24,000 nucleotides of DNA from an uncultured Gammaproteobacteria bacterium (GTDB lineage: Bacteria > Pseudomonadota > Gammaproteobacteria > GRL18). The position numbers and the translations under genes were made by a program. Position 1 is the stretch's first letter. Each line of letters opens with the position of its first letter. The stretch is from positions 570,866 through 594,865 of the forward strand of contig CAWIHS010000001.1 in NCBI GenBank assembly GCA_963836005.1. The letters are read 5' to 3'. The notes beneath the pieces are model-generated. The model had not been told where the DNA came from and searched no databases. It was given only the letters and a program-made list of their open reading frames with translations. Below, piece by piece: positions 16,935-24,000 of this stretch.

Positions 16935-16994
16935 TAACTATTGAGCATCATTTGACAATAACAGCTTTAACATCATTTTAGCGCTGAGTGTTAC
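16935..16994. repeat. 60-bp mini-copy of the TIR repeat family, between aorC and the MoaD-like gene
   Basis: taactattgagcatc (16935-16949) faces gcgctgagtgttac (16981-16994). The right end matches the element-A end cgctgagtagttac with one deleted base. The left end is a weaker match to gtaactactcagcgtatc. Confidence 0.5.
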
Positions 16995-17007
16995 CATACA
17001 AAGCGTA

Positions 17008-18255
17008 TTAAGCCGAGCCCATAGAACAGGCCAGATAGGCTTCCATTAAGCGGGTGGGATCAGCCTGCAGACGTGATTTCCATCGACCGAGTTTAACCTT
17101 GCCTCGAATCAAACCGCGTACCACGCCCATGTTTTCAGTATGCCCCAGACTGCTGACGCCTATTAAACAGTCATCCTTGAACTGCAGATTAAGGTATTTG
17201 TAACGGGATTTATCCACCAGTTCCACTTCCTCTCCCCCTTCAGCCCCCATCCACAGGCCAAACGATGTGGAAATCAGCCCCAGCGTATCCAGCACATTCA
17301 TGTTTAAACTGCCATGATGCACCACGCTATTCCCCTTGATCATATTAATGGCCGCAATACGGGCATGTTCTACTGCTGTAGGCTGAATGGCCTGAACATT
17401 ATAATTTTGCGTCGAAAAATCACGTCCCTGAGCGACATCTCCAGCCGCATAGATATGTTCATATGAGGTTTGTAAATATTCATTCACCAACACCCCCTGG
17501 TCGATTTCCAGCCCTGAACCTTGCAGAAATTGGGTGTTGAAACGTACACCGGTGGCACTGATCACCAGTTGAGCAGATAACTTTTCCTGTGTATCCAGCT
17601 GTACTGATAAATGTTCATTATCCTCTTCGATGGCAGTCACTCTATGACCGGTGAGCACCCGGATGCCTTTATGCTCACACCAGTCTTTCAATAACTGGCC
17701 GGCTGTTTCATTCATCATGCGCGGCACCATACGATCGCCCATTTCCACAACCGTTAAATTGACCCCACGCTTAACCAGTGATTCAAGGATGATGCAGCCA
17801 ATAAAACCTGCCCCCATCAGCACGACAGAAGCGCCCTGCTTTGCTTTTGCTGCAATGGCTCGGGCATCGGCCAGAGTCCAGCAATGCTCGACTGCGGGCA
17901 ATTCAACGCCAGGTATAGGCGGGTTGATGGGTGTAGCTCCCGTAGCCAGCAGGAGCTTGTCGAATTCAAGGCTCCTGCCATCATCCAGATCCAGACTGTT
18001 ACTGGCCGGATGGATGGCGACCACTTTCTCATGGATGAGGGCAATTTTCTGCTGATTGTAATGATTTGGGCTCTTGCGTAAAAAAGTTCCGGCCTCGTCA
18101 ATTTTATCTGTCAACAAATAAGGTATGGCCATGCGTGAATATGGCGGTTCCGGCTCAGCGCTGATAAGGGTAATTTGTGCATCTTGAGCAAGTTTTCTGA
18201 TCGTTTCGCAAGCAGTAACGCCTGCAGGACCTGCACCAGCAACGATATAATGCAT
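17008..18255 (-). CDS. FAD/NAD(P)-binding pyridine nucleotide-disulfide oxidoreductase family protein (AorC-like subunit)
   Basis: 415 aa. The N-terminal dinucleotide fold is YIVAGAGPAGV. A second Rossmann motif is VVLMGAGFIGC, and AAGDVA follows. It lies immediately downstream of the AOR gene, as in bacterial aorABC operons. Confidence 0.85.
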   Translation of the reverse strand: MHYIVAGAGPAGVTACETIRKLAQDAQITLISAEPEPPYSRMAIPYLLTDKIDEAGTFLRKSPNHYNQQKIALIHEKVVAIHPASNSLDLDDGRSLEFDKLLLATGATPINPPIPGVELPAVEHCWTLADARAIAAKAKQGASVVLMGAGFIGCIILESLVKRGVNLTVVEMGDRMVPRMMNETAGQLLKDWCEHKGIRVLTGHRVTAIEEDNEHLSVQLDTQEKLSAQLVISATGVRFNTQFLQGSGLEIDQGVLVNEYLQTSYEHIYAAGDVAQGRDFSTQNYNVQAIQPTAVEHARIAAINMIKGNSVVHHGSLNMNVLDTLGLISTSFGLWMGAEGGEEVELVDKSRYKYLNLQFKDDCLIGVSSLGHTENMGVVRGLIRGKVKLGRWKSRLQADPTRLMEAYLACSMGSA

Positions 18256-18332
18256 AAAATAAATACTCGTCTAAATTGGAATGAATGGATGACCCCACAA
18301 CTCAGCAGGTGGCGACTGGTTTTTCAGAATGA

Positions 18333-18357
18333 CAGAAACCCGCGATACGGGTTTCTG
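18333..18357 (-). terminator. Intra-operon stem-loop after the AOR gene (possible partial terminator or mRNA stabiliser)
   Basis: The minus-strand RNA reads cagaaacccg-uaucg-cggguuucug: a perfect 10-bp stem with a 5-nt loop. It starts 12 nt after the aorB stop and is followed by ucauucug, which is only moderately U-rich. Confidence 0.4.
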
Positions 18358-18368
18358 AACATGATGTC

Positions 18369-20222
18369 TTATGCCAGCTTAAGCCGCTGCAGGGTTTCCT
18401 GGGTAGGGACTCCGTCTTCACTCCAGCCACGCAAGGTGTAATACTCCGGCAACATTTTTTCAACTTCGGAGACTTTACCTTTGGCCGGACCCGTTTTGGC
18501 GGCATCCTTACGTAAGCGTTCCGGCAAGGTATCATCCGCAGCCGTTATACCGGCACTAAGATTGAAATTACGCTCCAAATTCCAGATCCGCTCACCCATC
18601 TCCGTCAGATATTCAGGTGTCCAGTCTCCCGCACAGGCAGCATCAATTTGCGGCGCAATATTATCCAGGCTCCAGGCAAAGGTAGTAAACACACACAGAC
18701 CGCTGGAATCAACGGCTGCCGTAGCATCCTGAAAAGCCTTGACCAGCTCGGGTTTGCCTTCAGTCACCAGTGGATCAGTTTTAACCGGTATACCCAGAAC
18801 TTCTGATGCAATGGTGTAACCTCGTAAATGACAGGCTCCTCGATTAGAAGTTGCATAGTTAAGGCCAATACCCTGAATACTACGCGGATCATAAGCAGGA
18901 AATTCCTGTCCCTTAACTGTCATGGAAAGTTCAGGATGACCATATTTTTCACATAAGCGTTTCGACCCCATGGCAAGGTCTTTTCCAAAACCTTCTCCGA
19001 CAGCGACCCATTCGGCGGCTTTAACTAACGCCTCAGCAGAGCCGAAGTTAAATGCCACACCACTGGTTTGTGCGTCGGTAATAACACCCATTTCATAGAG
19101 TTCCATGGCCGCAGCAATGGTTGATCCCAGAGTAATAGGATCAAAACCATCCTCATTACACAGAAAATTGGCATAAGTGAGTGCATCCAGATCATTTACT
19201 CCGGTATCGGCCCCCAGAGCCCAGGCCGCTTCATATTCCAGTCCACCGGAATTTCCCCAATAGCTGGTCTTGTTCTCAACACTAAAATGTCCTTTGTCTA
19301 TGGTTGAGATACGCCCGCAGGCAATAGTACAGCCAAAACATGCCGCATTGGTGGTCAGATTGGGTTTTCCGTCACTTTTGCGCGGTTCATGCATGGCTTC
19401 ACCCGAAATATCATGGGCGCCGTCGAACTGAACATCCTGCATGTTATTTGCAGGCAGAGCACCTATTTCGTTAATCACATTCATCAGCACCTGAGTACCA
19501 TAAGCAGGCAGTCCCTGTCCGGTGACCGGGTTTTCAGCCAGTACTTTTTTACCTTCATTAACGGCTTGCATAAATTGTTCAGGTTTATCAATATTGCCTA
19601 CCCCCAAAGTACCACGTACAGCGACCGCTTTGAGGTTTTTTGAGGCCATGACCGTACCGACACCGGAGCGACCGGCAGCCCGATGCAGATCGTTTATAAT
19701 ACCAGCATACAGACAACCCTGTTCAGCCGAACGGCCGACTGCAGCAATTCTCAGCAGAGGGTCCTGATGTCTGGCATGCAGCCATTCATCACTGTGCCAG
19801 ACACTGGTGCCCCAGATCTCTTCGGCTGAAAGCAATTCTGCCTTCTCATTCTCCACATACAGATAAACCGGTTGAGGAGATTTGCCTTCAAAAATGATCA
19901 TATCCCAGCCAGCCTGTTTCATCTCCGCGCCAATAAACCCGCCTGAATTTGAACAGGCAATACAATTGGTCAAAGGCCCCTTGGTGATCACTGAGTAGCG
20001 ACCGCCTGTGGCGGCCATGGTGCCGGTCAGCGGACCCGTTGCCATAATCATTTTATTTTCTGCACTGAGCGGATCACAGGCAGGATCAATTTCTTCTACC
20101 AGATATTTGCTGGCGAGTCCTCTCTGCCCCAGATATTCCTGGGCCCATTGTTCATTCAAAGCTTCTGCAGCCAGTGTGCCTTCAGTAAGATTTACGCGTA
20201 ATATTTTTCCTGCCCAGGCCAT
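18369..20222 (-). CDS. Tungsten-containing aldehyde:ferredoxin oxidoreductase (AOR family, AorB-like)
   Basis: 617 aa. The N-terminus GKILRVNLTEG is typical of AOR. The [4Fe-4S] ligand motif is CFGCTIAC with a distal DSSGLCVF. Pterin-binding blocks include GGLEYE. Confidence 0.93.
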   Translation of the reverse strand: MAWAGKILRVNLTEGTLAAEALNEQWAQEYLGQRGLASKYLVEEIDPACDPLSAENKMIMATGPLTGTMAATGGRYSVITKGPLTNCIACSNSGGFIGAEMKQAGWDMIIFEGKSPQPVYLYVENEKAELLSAEEIWGTSVWHSDEWLHARHQDPLLRIAAVGRSAEQGCLYAGIINDLHRAAGRSGVGTVMASKNLKAVAVRGTLGVGNIDKPEQFMQAVNEGKKVLAENPVTGQGLPAYGTQVLMNVINEIGALPANNMQDVQFDGAHDISGEAMHEPRKSDGKPNLTTNAACFGCTIACGRISTIDKGHFSVENKTSYWGNSGGLEYEAAWALGADTGVNDLDALTYANFLCNEDGFDPITLGSTIAAAMELYEMGVITDAQTSGVAFNFGSAEALVKAAEWVAVGEGFGKDLAMGSKRLCEKYGHPELSMTVKGQEFPAYDPRSIQGIGLNYATSNRGACHLRGYTIASEVLGIPVKTDPLVTEGKPELVKAFQDATAAVDSSGLCVFTTFAWSLDNIAPQIDAACAGDWTPEYLTEMGERIWNLERNFNLSAGITAADDTLPERLRKDAAKTGPAKGKVSEVEKMLPEYYTLRGWSEDGVPTQETLQRLKLA

Positions 20223-20277
20223 TATCTTTTACCCCAAATTGTTTATAAATCAGATAGTTTTAGTCGTCCAGCATTAT

Positions 20278-20757
20278 TCATTCAGAAACAACGGCATTGT
20301 TATCCGTCTGCTTAGCCCATTTGCGCATTTTATCAAAGCCGGTCTGATCAGCATCCATATAGGTGATGGCATTGGTTGGGCAGGCCGTGGCGCATTTGGG
20401 ATCCCCGCCGCATAAGTCACATTTAATCACTTTACCGGTGGAGTGATTATAATTGACAGTTCCGAAAGGACAGGATATGGTGCAAACTTTACATCCGACA
20501 CAGGCACTGTCGATAACTTCTTTGGCTCCGGTTTGCGCATTTAGCACAATGGCATCAACAGGACATGCCTGCTGACACCAGGCTTCAGAACATTGGGTAC
20601 AGGTATAGGGGACAAAACGTCCTTCCTGATGAAAAGTAAATACTCGGATACGCGATTTGGAAGGATTAAAAACGCCTTCATTTTCAAATGAACATGCCAG
20701 CTCGCATTGTAAACATCCGGTACATTTATCCGGATCTATGACCAGTGCCTTTTGCAT
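20278..20757 (-). CDS. Poly-[4Fe-4S] ferredoxin-like electron-transfer subunit (AorA-like)
   Basis: 159 aa with four cluster motifs: CTGCLQCELAC, CTQCSEAWCQQACP, CVGCKVCTISCP, CDLCGGDPKCATACP. It is preceded by caggagaaaag. Confidence 0.9.
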   Translation of the reverse strand: MQKALVIDPDKCTGCLQCELACSFENEGVFNPSKSRIRVFTFHQEGRFVPYTCTQCSEAWCQQACPVDAIVLNAQTGAKEVIDSACVGCKVCTISCPFGTVNYNHSTGKVIKCDLCGGDPKCATACPTNAITYMDADQTGFDKMRKWAKQTDNNAVVSE

Positions 20758-20896
20758 AGAGACTTTTCTCCTGAGAACAGTATTAGTGACATACTTCAGC
20801 AGTATGTGTCGGATTCAAAGCATTTTCTAAGCATAGTAAAAAATTTCAGGAAATCAAATAATGCAAACGCGACTTCATATTCAACCCAAAAAATCA

Positions 20897-21262
20897 TAAC
20901 TACTTAGTGTCCTTCCATAAATAGCCATCCTGACTATATTATGGAAAACAAAAAAAAATGTAATTTTTCTTTTGCTGCATTTTCAATGATTTGTCATCAT
21001 TAAAAATAGTAGCACATCCCTGTGCCGCAAGTGTCCATGAAAAAACGCATGGACACTACTTAGCTTATCTCTATGATCGTGCTTGATATGAGGTATTTAT
21101 TGACCCACATGGACAATTTCGGCTCCTGCCTCTCGCATGCATTTCCACCATCCTCGGCGGTCATGGGGAAAAGGCAGAATATGCAGGAGTAATTATCTGT
21201 CTTCCACAAACACCTGATATCAAACACTCAGTGTAATCTCCTGGACACGCTGAGTAAGTTAC
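20897..21262. mobile_element. Composite or nested MITE-like element, copy B, of the same TIR family
   Basis: The outer left end is taactacttagtgtcc (20897-20912). An inner left end is acactacttagcttatct (about 21053-21070). The right end is ggacacgctgagtaagttac (21243-21262). The inner inverted pair gtgcttgatatgaggtatt and acacctgatatcaaacac matches copy A. The flanks read aaaaaatca (20888-20896) and aaacaatca (21263-21271). Confidence 0.65.
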
Positions 21263-21275
21263 AAACAATCAGCAA

Positions 21276-21716
21276 TTATTGATCTTGCTGCATGGCATTT
21301 AATTTACTTTGGATGAGTTTTGGAACAAACCGTCGATGCCGATAATGTTTGGGCATATGACTGAAAACAACTGAAATGATCAGGATAATGATGAGCAGTT
21401 CAAGACGTGCAGACCATAAAATTGGCACCAGGGCAAGCAGGATTAATTTCAGATAAATAACATAATTGCTGAGTTCAAATACAGCATAATTGAATTGATA
21501 TAAATTCAACAGCAGCAACACTGCCCCGGTCAGGAGTGTTGCATATAACCAGGGCAGAATGGCCGTTTCAGGTTGGGTGAAAATATGCCCTCCCACAACT
21601 CCGCAAACGGACAGAATATGCAATGCTCTAAACAGACTATTCCAGGAACGATAACCCGACAGAGGTTTTCTTGGAACTAAAAAATACTGTTTTAACAGCT
21701 GATCAAACAGCCCCAT
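21276..21716 (-). CDS. Hypothetical small integral membrane protein (about four TM segments)
   Basis: 146-aa ORF with four long hydrophobic stretches and a basic C-terminal tail (HMPKHYRHRRF). I recognise no family. Confidence 0.6.
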   Translation of the reverse strand: MGLFDQLLKQYFLVPRKPLSGYRSWNSLFRALHILSVCGVVGGHIFTQPETAILPWLYATLLTGAVLLLLNLYQFNYAVFELSNYVIYLKLILLALVPILWSARLELLIIILIISVVFSHMPKHYRHRRFVPKLIQSKLNAMQQDQ

Positions 21717-21919
21717 GCTATTGATATTCAGTAATAGAGAGATTATTTTTCAATAATCGAGCTTCACATAAAGCGTATCGAGCGTTCAGAATGCTCCTCC
21801 AGTGAGTGATCCCGGTTTTTTTCAACATAGATAAGGCATTCTAGCATATCTTGATAAAGAGCCGATTTAGTTAACATGCTGAATGCTTTTTCTTACATTC
21901 AGCTAACAGCCATTTGCCC

Positions 21920-21935
21920 TTCCTGTGCACAGGAA
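21920..21935. promoter_or_regulatory. Perfect 16-bp palindrome ttcctgtgcacaggaa (candidate operator)
   Basis: Read directly. It is intergenic: about 70 bp downstream of the MBL-hydrolase stop and about 200 bp upstream of the membrane-protein start, both on the minus strand. The T-run is on the wrong side for it to be a terminator on either strand. Confidence 0.3.
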
Positions 21936-22004
21936 AAAATATTTCAGACATAGCCATTAAAATTTCTCATTAGACTATGCTCGATTTTATATTTTTAAAA
22001 TGCG

Positions 22005-22967
22005 TTAAAGATCGAGTTCTTCTATTTCAAGATACATTTTATTGATATGTTTACCAAAATTCTTATCAAAGCCTGACCAGTTTTTATATGCTTCGAATTG
22101 AGTGATGATCTTATCTTTAATCTCATAGTCCTGCAGGCCGTCATCAAAACCATTTCTGACATCGGTATTCAAGCTGACAAGATAATCCAGAAAGGGTTTG
22201 ATAACTTTGTCTGCATCGCCTGAAGGACCATGTCCGGGGACATAGACTTTCATATTCAATGTTCTGGCATATTGCAGACTGTCAATATTACCGTGCATAC
22301 TGGAACTCTCATCAAAACGTCCCAGACGATCTACGAAGCCATTATCACCCAGAAACAGAGTGCCGCTTTCAATATGCTCCAGCATAATATCCGTGTTGGT
22401 ATGGGATGGCAAAATCGAATGAATGCGAAAATGCTGGCCGGCGATTTCAAACTCGTCACTTTGCTCAACAGCTAAAGTGGGTGCAACGATCACTGTACCC
22501 TGGCTCTGTCCTTTCGTAGAGCGATCCATTAATTCTATCCATTCCAGTCCCGCGGAAGAGTTCGCCTGTTGGATCATCTGCTCATGGGCATACATTTTAG
22601 CCGCTGGATAGGCTTCCTTAATCGCCTGATTGGCCAGCCAGTGATCGCCGTGAATATGGGTATCAAACACTGCAACGATGGGCAAGGGACTGATTTTAGC
22701 AATCTCCTGAAGCACCTCTTTGCCAACCGGATAGGTACCGCCCGGATCGACCACAATTATGCCCTTATCCGCCACGATAATACCCGGGTTATTCATAAAC
22801 CCCTGATTGACCACATTGGGCTCCTCAAGAGGACCGTGCATCACATATACCCGCTCATTTACTTTTTCAAACTGAAATTTTCCCAGCGCTCCCAGTTCCC
22901 AGGCCGACACAGCAGCCGGCATTATCAAAATAATAAACAACACTCTTAACATCATAAAACCATTCAA
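22005..22967 (-). CDS. Secreted MBL-fold metallo-hydrolase
   Basis: 320 aa. The signal peptide is MLRVLFIILIMPAAVSA. The metallo-beta-lactamase motif is THIHGDHW, with downstream His/Asp ligands (PSHTNTD, PGHGP). Confidence 0.85.
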   Translation of the reverse strand: MNGFMMLRVLFIILIMPAAVSAWELGALGKFQFEKVNERVYVMHGPLEEPNVVNQGFMNNPGIIVADKGIIVVDPGGTYPVGKEVLQEIAKISPLPIVAVFDTHIHGDHWLANQAIKEAYPAAKMYAHEQMIQQANSSAGLEWIELMDRSTKGQSQGTVIVAPTLAVEQSDEFEIAGQHFRIHSILPSHTNTDIMLEHIESGTLFLGDNGFVDRLGRFDESSSMHGNIDSLQYARTLNMKVYVPGHGPSGDADKVIKPFLDYLVSLNTDVRNGFDDGLQDYEIKDKIITQFEAYKNWSGFDKNFGKHINKMYLEIEELDL

Positions 22968-23142
22968 TTTGATTGTTCTCCACTAAACAGGGCACATGCT
23001 GGCCCGTCGACATGAGTCTGGCCGGTAATGTATGTACGGACAGCTCCCGTGGTTAAAGATACACGATTTGAGTAAAAAAACAATTTTCCAGCTTTCGCAA
23101 TAGCCATTTTTATGCAAACTATGGGTGCACATTTTTCAAAAT

Positions 23143-23334
23143 CGTGAGTATTATCGAGTAATTATTGATCTATATGCACAATTTTAGAACCTGCTTCTCG
23201 CATACATTTCTATCCTTCATGGAGGTTATGCGGGAAATGCCGGTTTTGCAGGAGCAATTATCACTCTGCAACAAACATCTGACGGTAATCCCTGCTGCAG
23301 GATCATTTGTGCTTGTTAGAGATACTTTTTAGTA
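23143..23334. repeat. Degenerate copy C of the repeat family; shares the 125-nt core of copy B
   Basis: A hand-made ungapped alignment of 23158-23282 against 21093-21217 gives 93 of 125 identical positions. The flanking inverted repeats are only vestigial (cgtgagtattatcgagtaatt ... ttgtgcttgttagagatac). Confidence 0.6.
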
Positions 23335-23335
23335 T

Positions 23336-23364
23336 TTGCCAGATCGCCGGATTGCCACTATAAT
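23336..23364 (+). promoter_or_regulatory. Sigma-70-type promoter candidate for selO (TTGCCA-N17-TATAAT)
   Basis: ttgcca lies at 23336-23341 and tataat at 23359-23364, with exactly 17 nt between them. The selO ATG is 31 nt downstream of the -10 hexamer. Confidence 0.55.
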
Positions 23365-23394
23365 ATTAACCAAGTATTTTAATAAAGTATTACT

Positions 23395-24000
23395 ATGAAC
23401 CCGGCAAACAGACATGCTTTTAATCCAGAGTTTTCAAGTAAACTGAAGTTTACCAACCGCTTTCACCTGCTCCAGGATGAATTCTTCAGCTATCAGGCTC
23501 CTACTCCGGTGGAATCACCGGAACTGGTGCATATCAATCCTGCAGCGGCCAGCTTGCTGGATCTGGACATGGATGAACTTCAGCAGAATGAAATAAGCAG
23601 CAGGCAATTTCGTGATTTCGTAGCCGGTAACAGCGTGCTGGCTCAGTCTGAACCCGTAGCCGCTATTTATGCAGGCCACCAGTTTGGCCATTTTGTGCCT
23701 CAATTGGGCGACGGTCGGGCTTTGCTGCTGGGAGAAGTGATTAATAAGCAGCATCAACACTGGGAAATTCAGCTTAAAGGTTCCGGTATCACCCCCTATT
23801 CTCGGCAAGGAGATGGTCGTGCAGTGTTACGTTCGACTATTCGGGAATACCTTTGCAGTGAGGCAATGCATGCTTTAGGTATCCCCACCACCCGTGCCCT
23901 GGCGATGGTTAACAGTGAGGAGGAAGTATACCGTGAACAACTGGAAAGCGGGGCAGTACTATTGCGCATGGCACCGTCCTTTATCCGTTTTGGCAGTTTC
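23395..24000 (+). CDS. selO: Protein adenylyltransferase SelO (YdiU family), 5' part; runs off the window end
   Basis: An open frame of 202 codons from ATG 23395 to the window edge; it is absent from the track because it has no stop. It contains YAGHQFGHFVPQLGDGRALLLGE, LKGSGITPYSRQGDGRAVLRSTIREYLCSEAMHALGIPTTRAL and RMAPSFIRFGSF, all SelO/YdiU hallmarks. Confidence 0.9.
   Translation, partial: MNPANRHAFNPEFSSKLKFTNRFHLLQDEFFSYQAPTPVESPELVHINPAAASLLDLDMDELQQNEISSRQFRDFVAGNSVLAQSEPVAAIYAGHQFGHFVPQLGDGRALLLGEVINKQHQHWEIQLKGSGITPYSRQGDGRAVLRSTIREYLCSEAMHALGIPTTRALAMVNSEEEVYREQLESGAVLLRMAPSFIRFGSF

Noticed and set aside
20863-20877. cgcgactt near the aor promoter as a fourth copy of the 4610-4666 palindrome motif
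   Set aside because: Only an 8-mer half-site is shared. About one such match is expected by chance in 24 kb on two strands.
20758-20900. A sigma-54 promoter (tgaagtcgcgtttgca on the minus strand) or a Moco/Tuco riboswitch upstream of aorA
   Set aside because: The -24 element has GA instead of the invariant GG, so it is not a credible sigma-54 site. I found none of the conserved Moco-motif blocks here, nor upstream of tupA, moeA or the MoaD-like gene. A covariance-model scan would be the decisive test.
21093-21217. A small-protein coding potential in the conserved B/C core (for example MTAEDGGNACERQEPKLSMWVNKY on the minus strand of copy B)
   Set aside because: The same frame in copy C contains stop codons, and the substitutions show no third-position bias. 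The conservation is therefore at the nucleotide level.
1-24000. tRNA, rRNA or tmRNA genes and phage-defence, toxin-antitoxin or retron modules
   Set aside because: I found no cloverleaf-compatible sequence or T-loop motif in the intergenic regions. No reverse transcriptase, nuclease/ATPase defence genes or small paired TA ORFs are present. All large ORFs have ordinary metabolic, transport or signalling assignments.

Overview
The window looks like chromosomal DNA from a moderately AT-rich Gram-negative bacterium, probably a proteobacterium; I cannot name the species. From left to right the content is as follows. (1) xseA. (2) A split class II (B12-dependent) ribonucleotide reductase, nrdJa and nrdJb, preceded by a near-consensus NrdR box. 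(3) A roughly 785-bp ORF-free, AT-rich gap that carries two short repeat arrays. (4) One clearly GC-richer gene for a Kef-type cation/proton antiporter fused to an RCK domain and two Usp domains. A hairpin MITE-like element and a decayed IS3-type OrfA remnant lie on its right side, so it is probably horizontally acquired. (5) A convergent pair of c-di-GMP genes: a degenerate-GGDEF/intact-EAL protein and an HD-GYP protein with an altered active-site signature. (6) A long minus-strand block forming a self-contained tungsten-enzyme module. It holds aorA-like ferredoxin, aorB-like tungsten aldehyde:ferredoxin oxidoreductase, aorC-like flavoprotein, a MoaD/ThiS-like protein ending in GG, an unassigned 99-aa protein ending in GGG, MoeB/ThiF E1-like enzyme, tupABC tungstate uptake and moeA. 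A TerB-family gene and the HD-GYP gene trail behind it. (7) A small membrane protein and a secreted MBL-fold hydrolase. (8) The 5' part of selO. I rate two things as most worth follow-up. The first is the pair of Gly-Gly-terminated small proteins translationally coupled to the E1-like enzyme. The second is a family of terminal-inverted-repeat elements present in at least four full, composite or degenerate copies, all intergenic. One copy sits in the aor promoter region and one inside the operon. I saw no CRISPR array, tRNA, rRNA or recognisable defence system.
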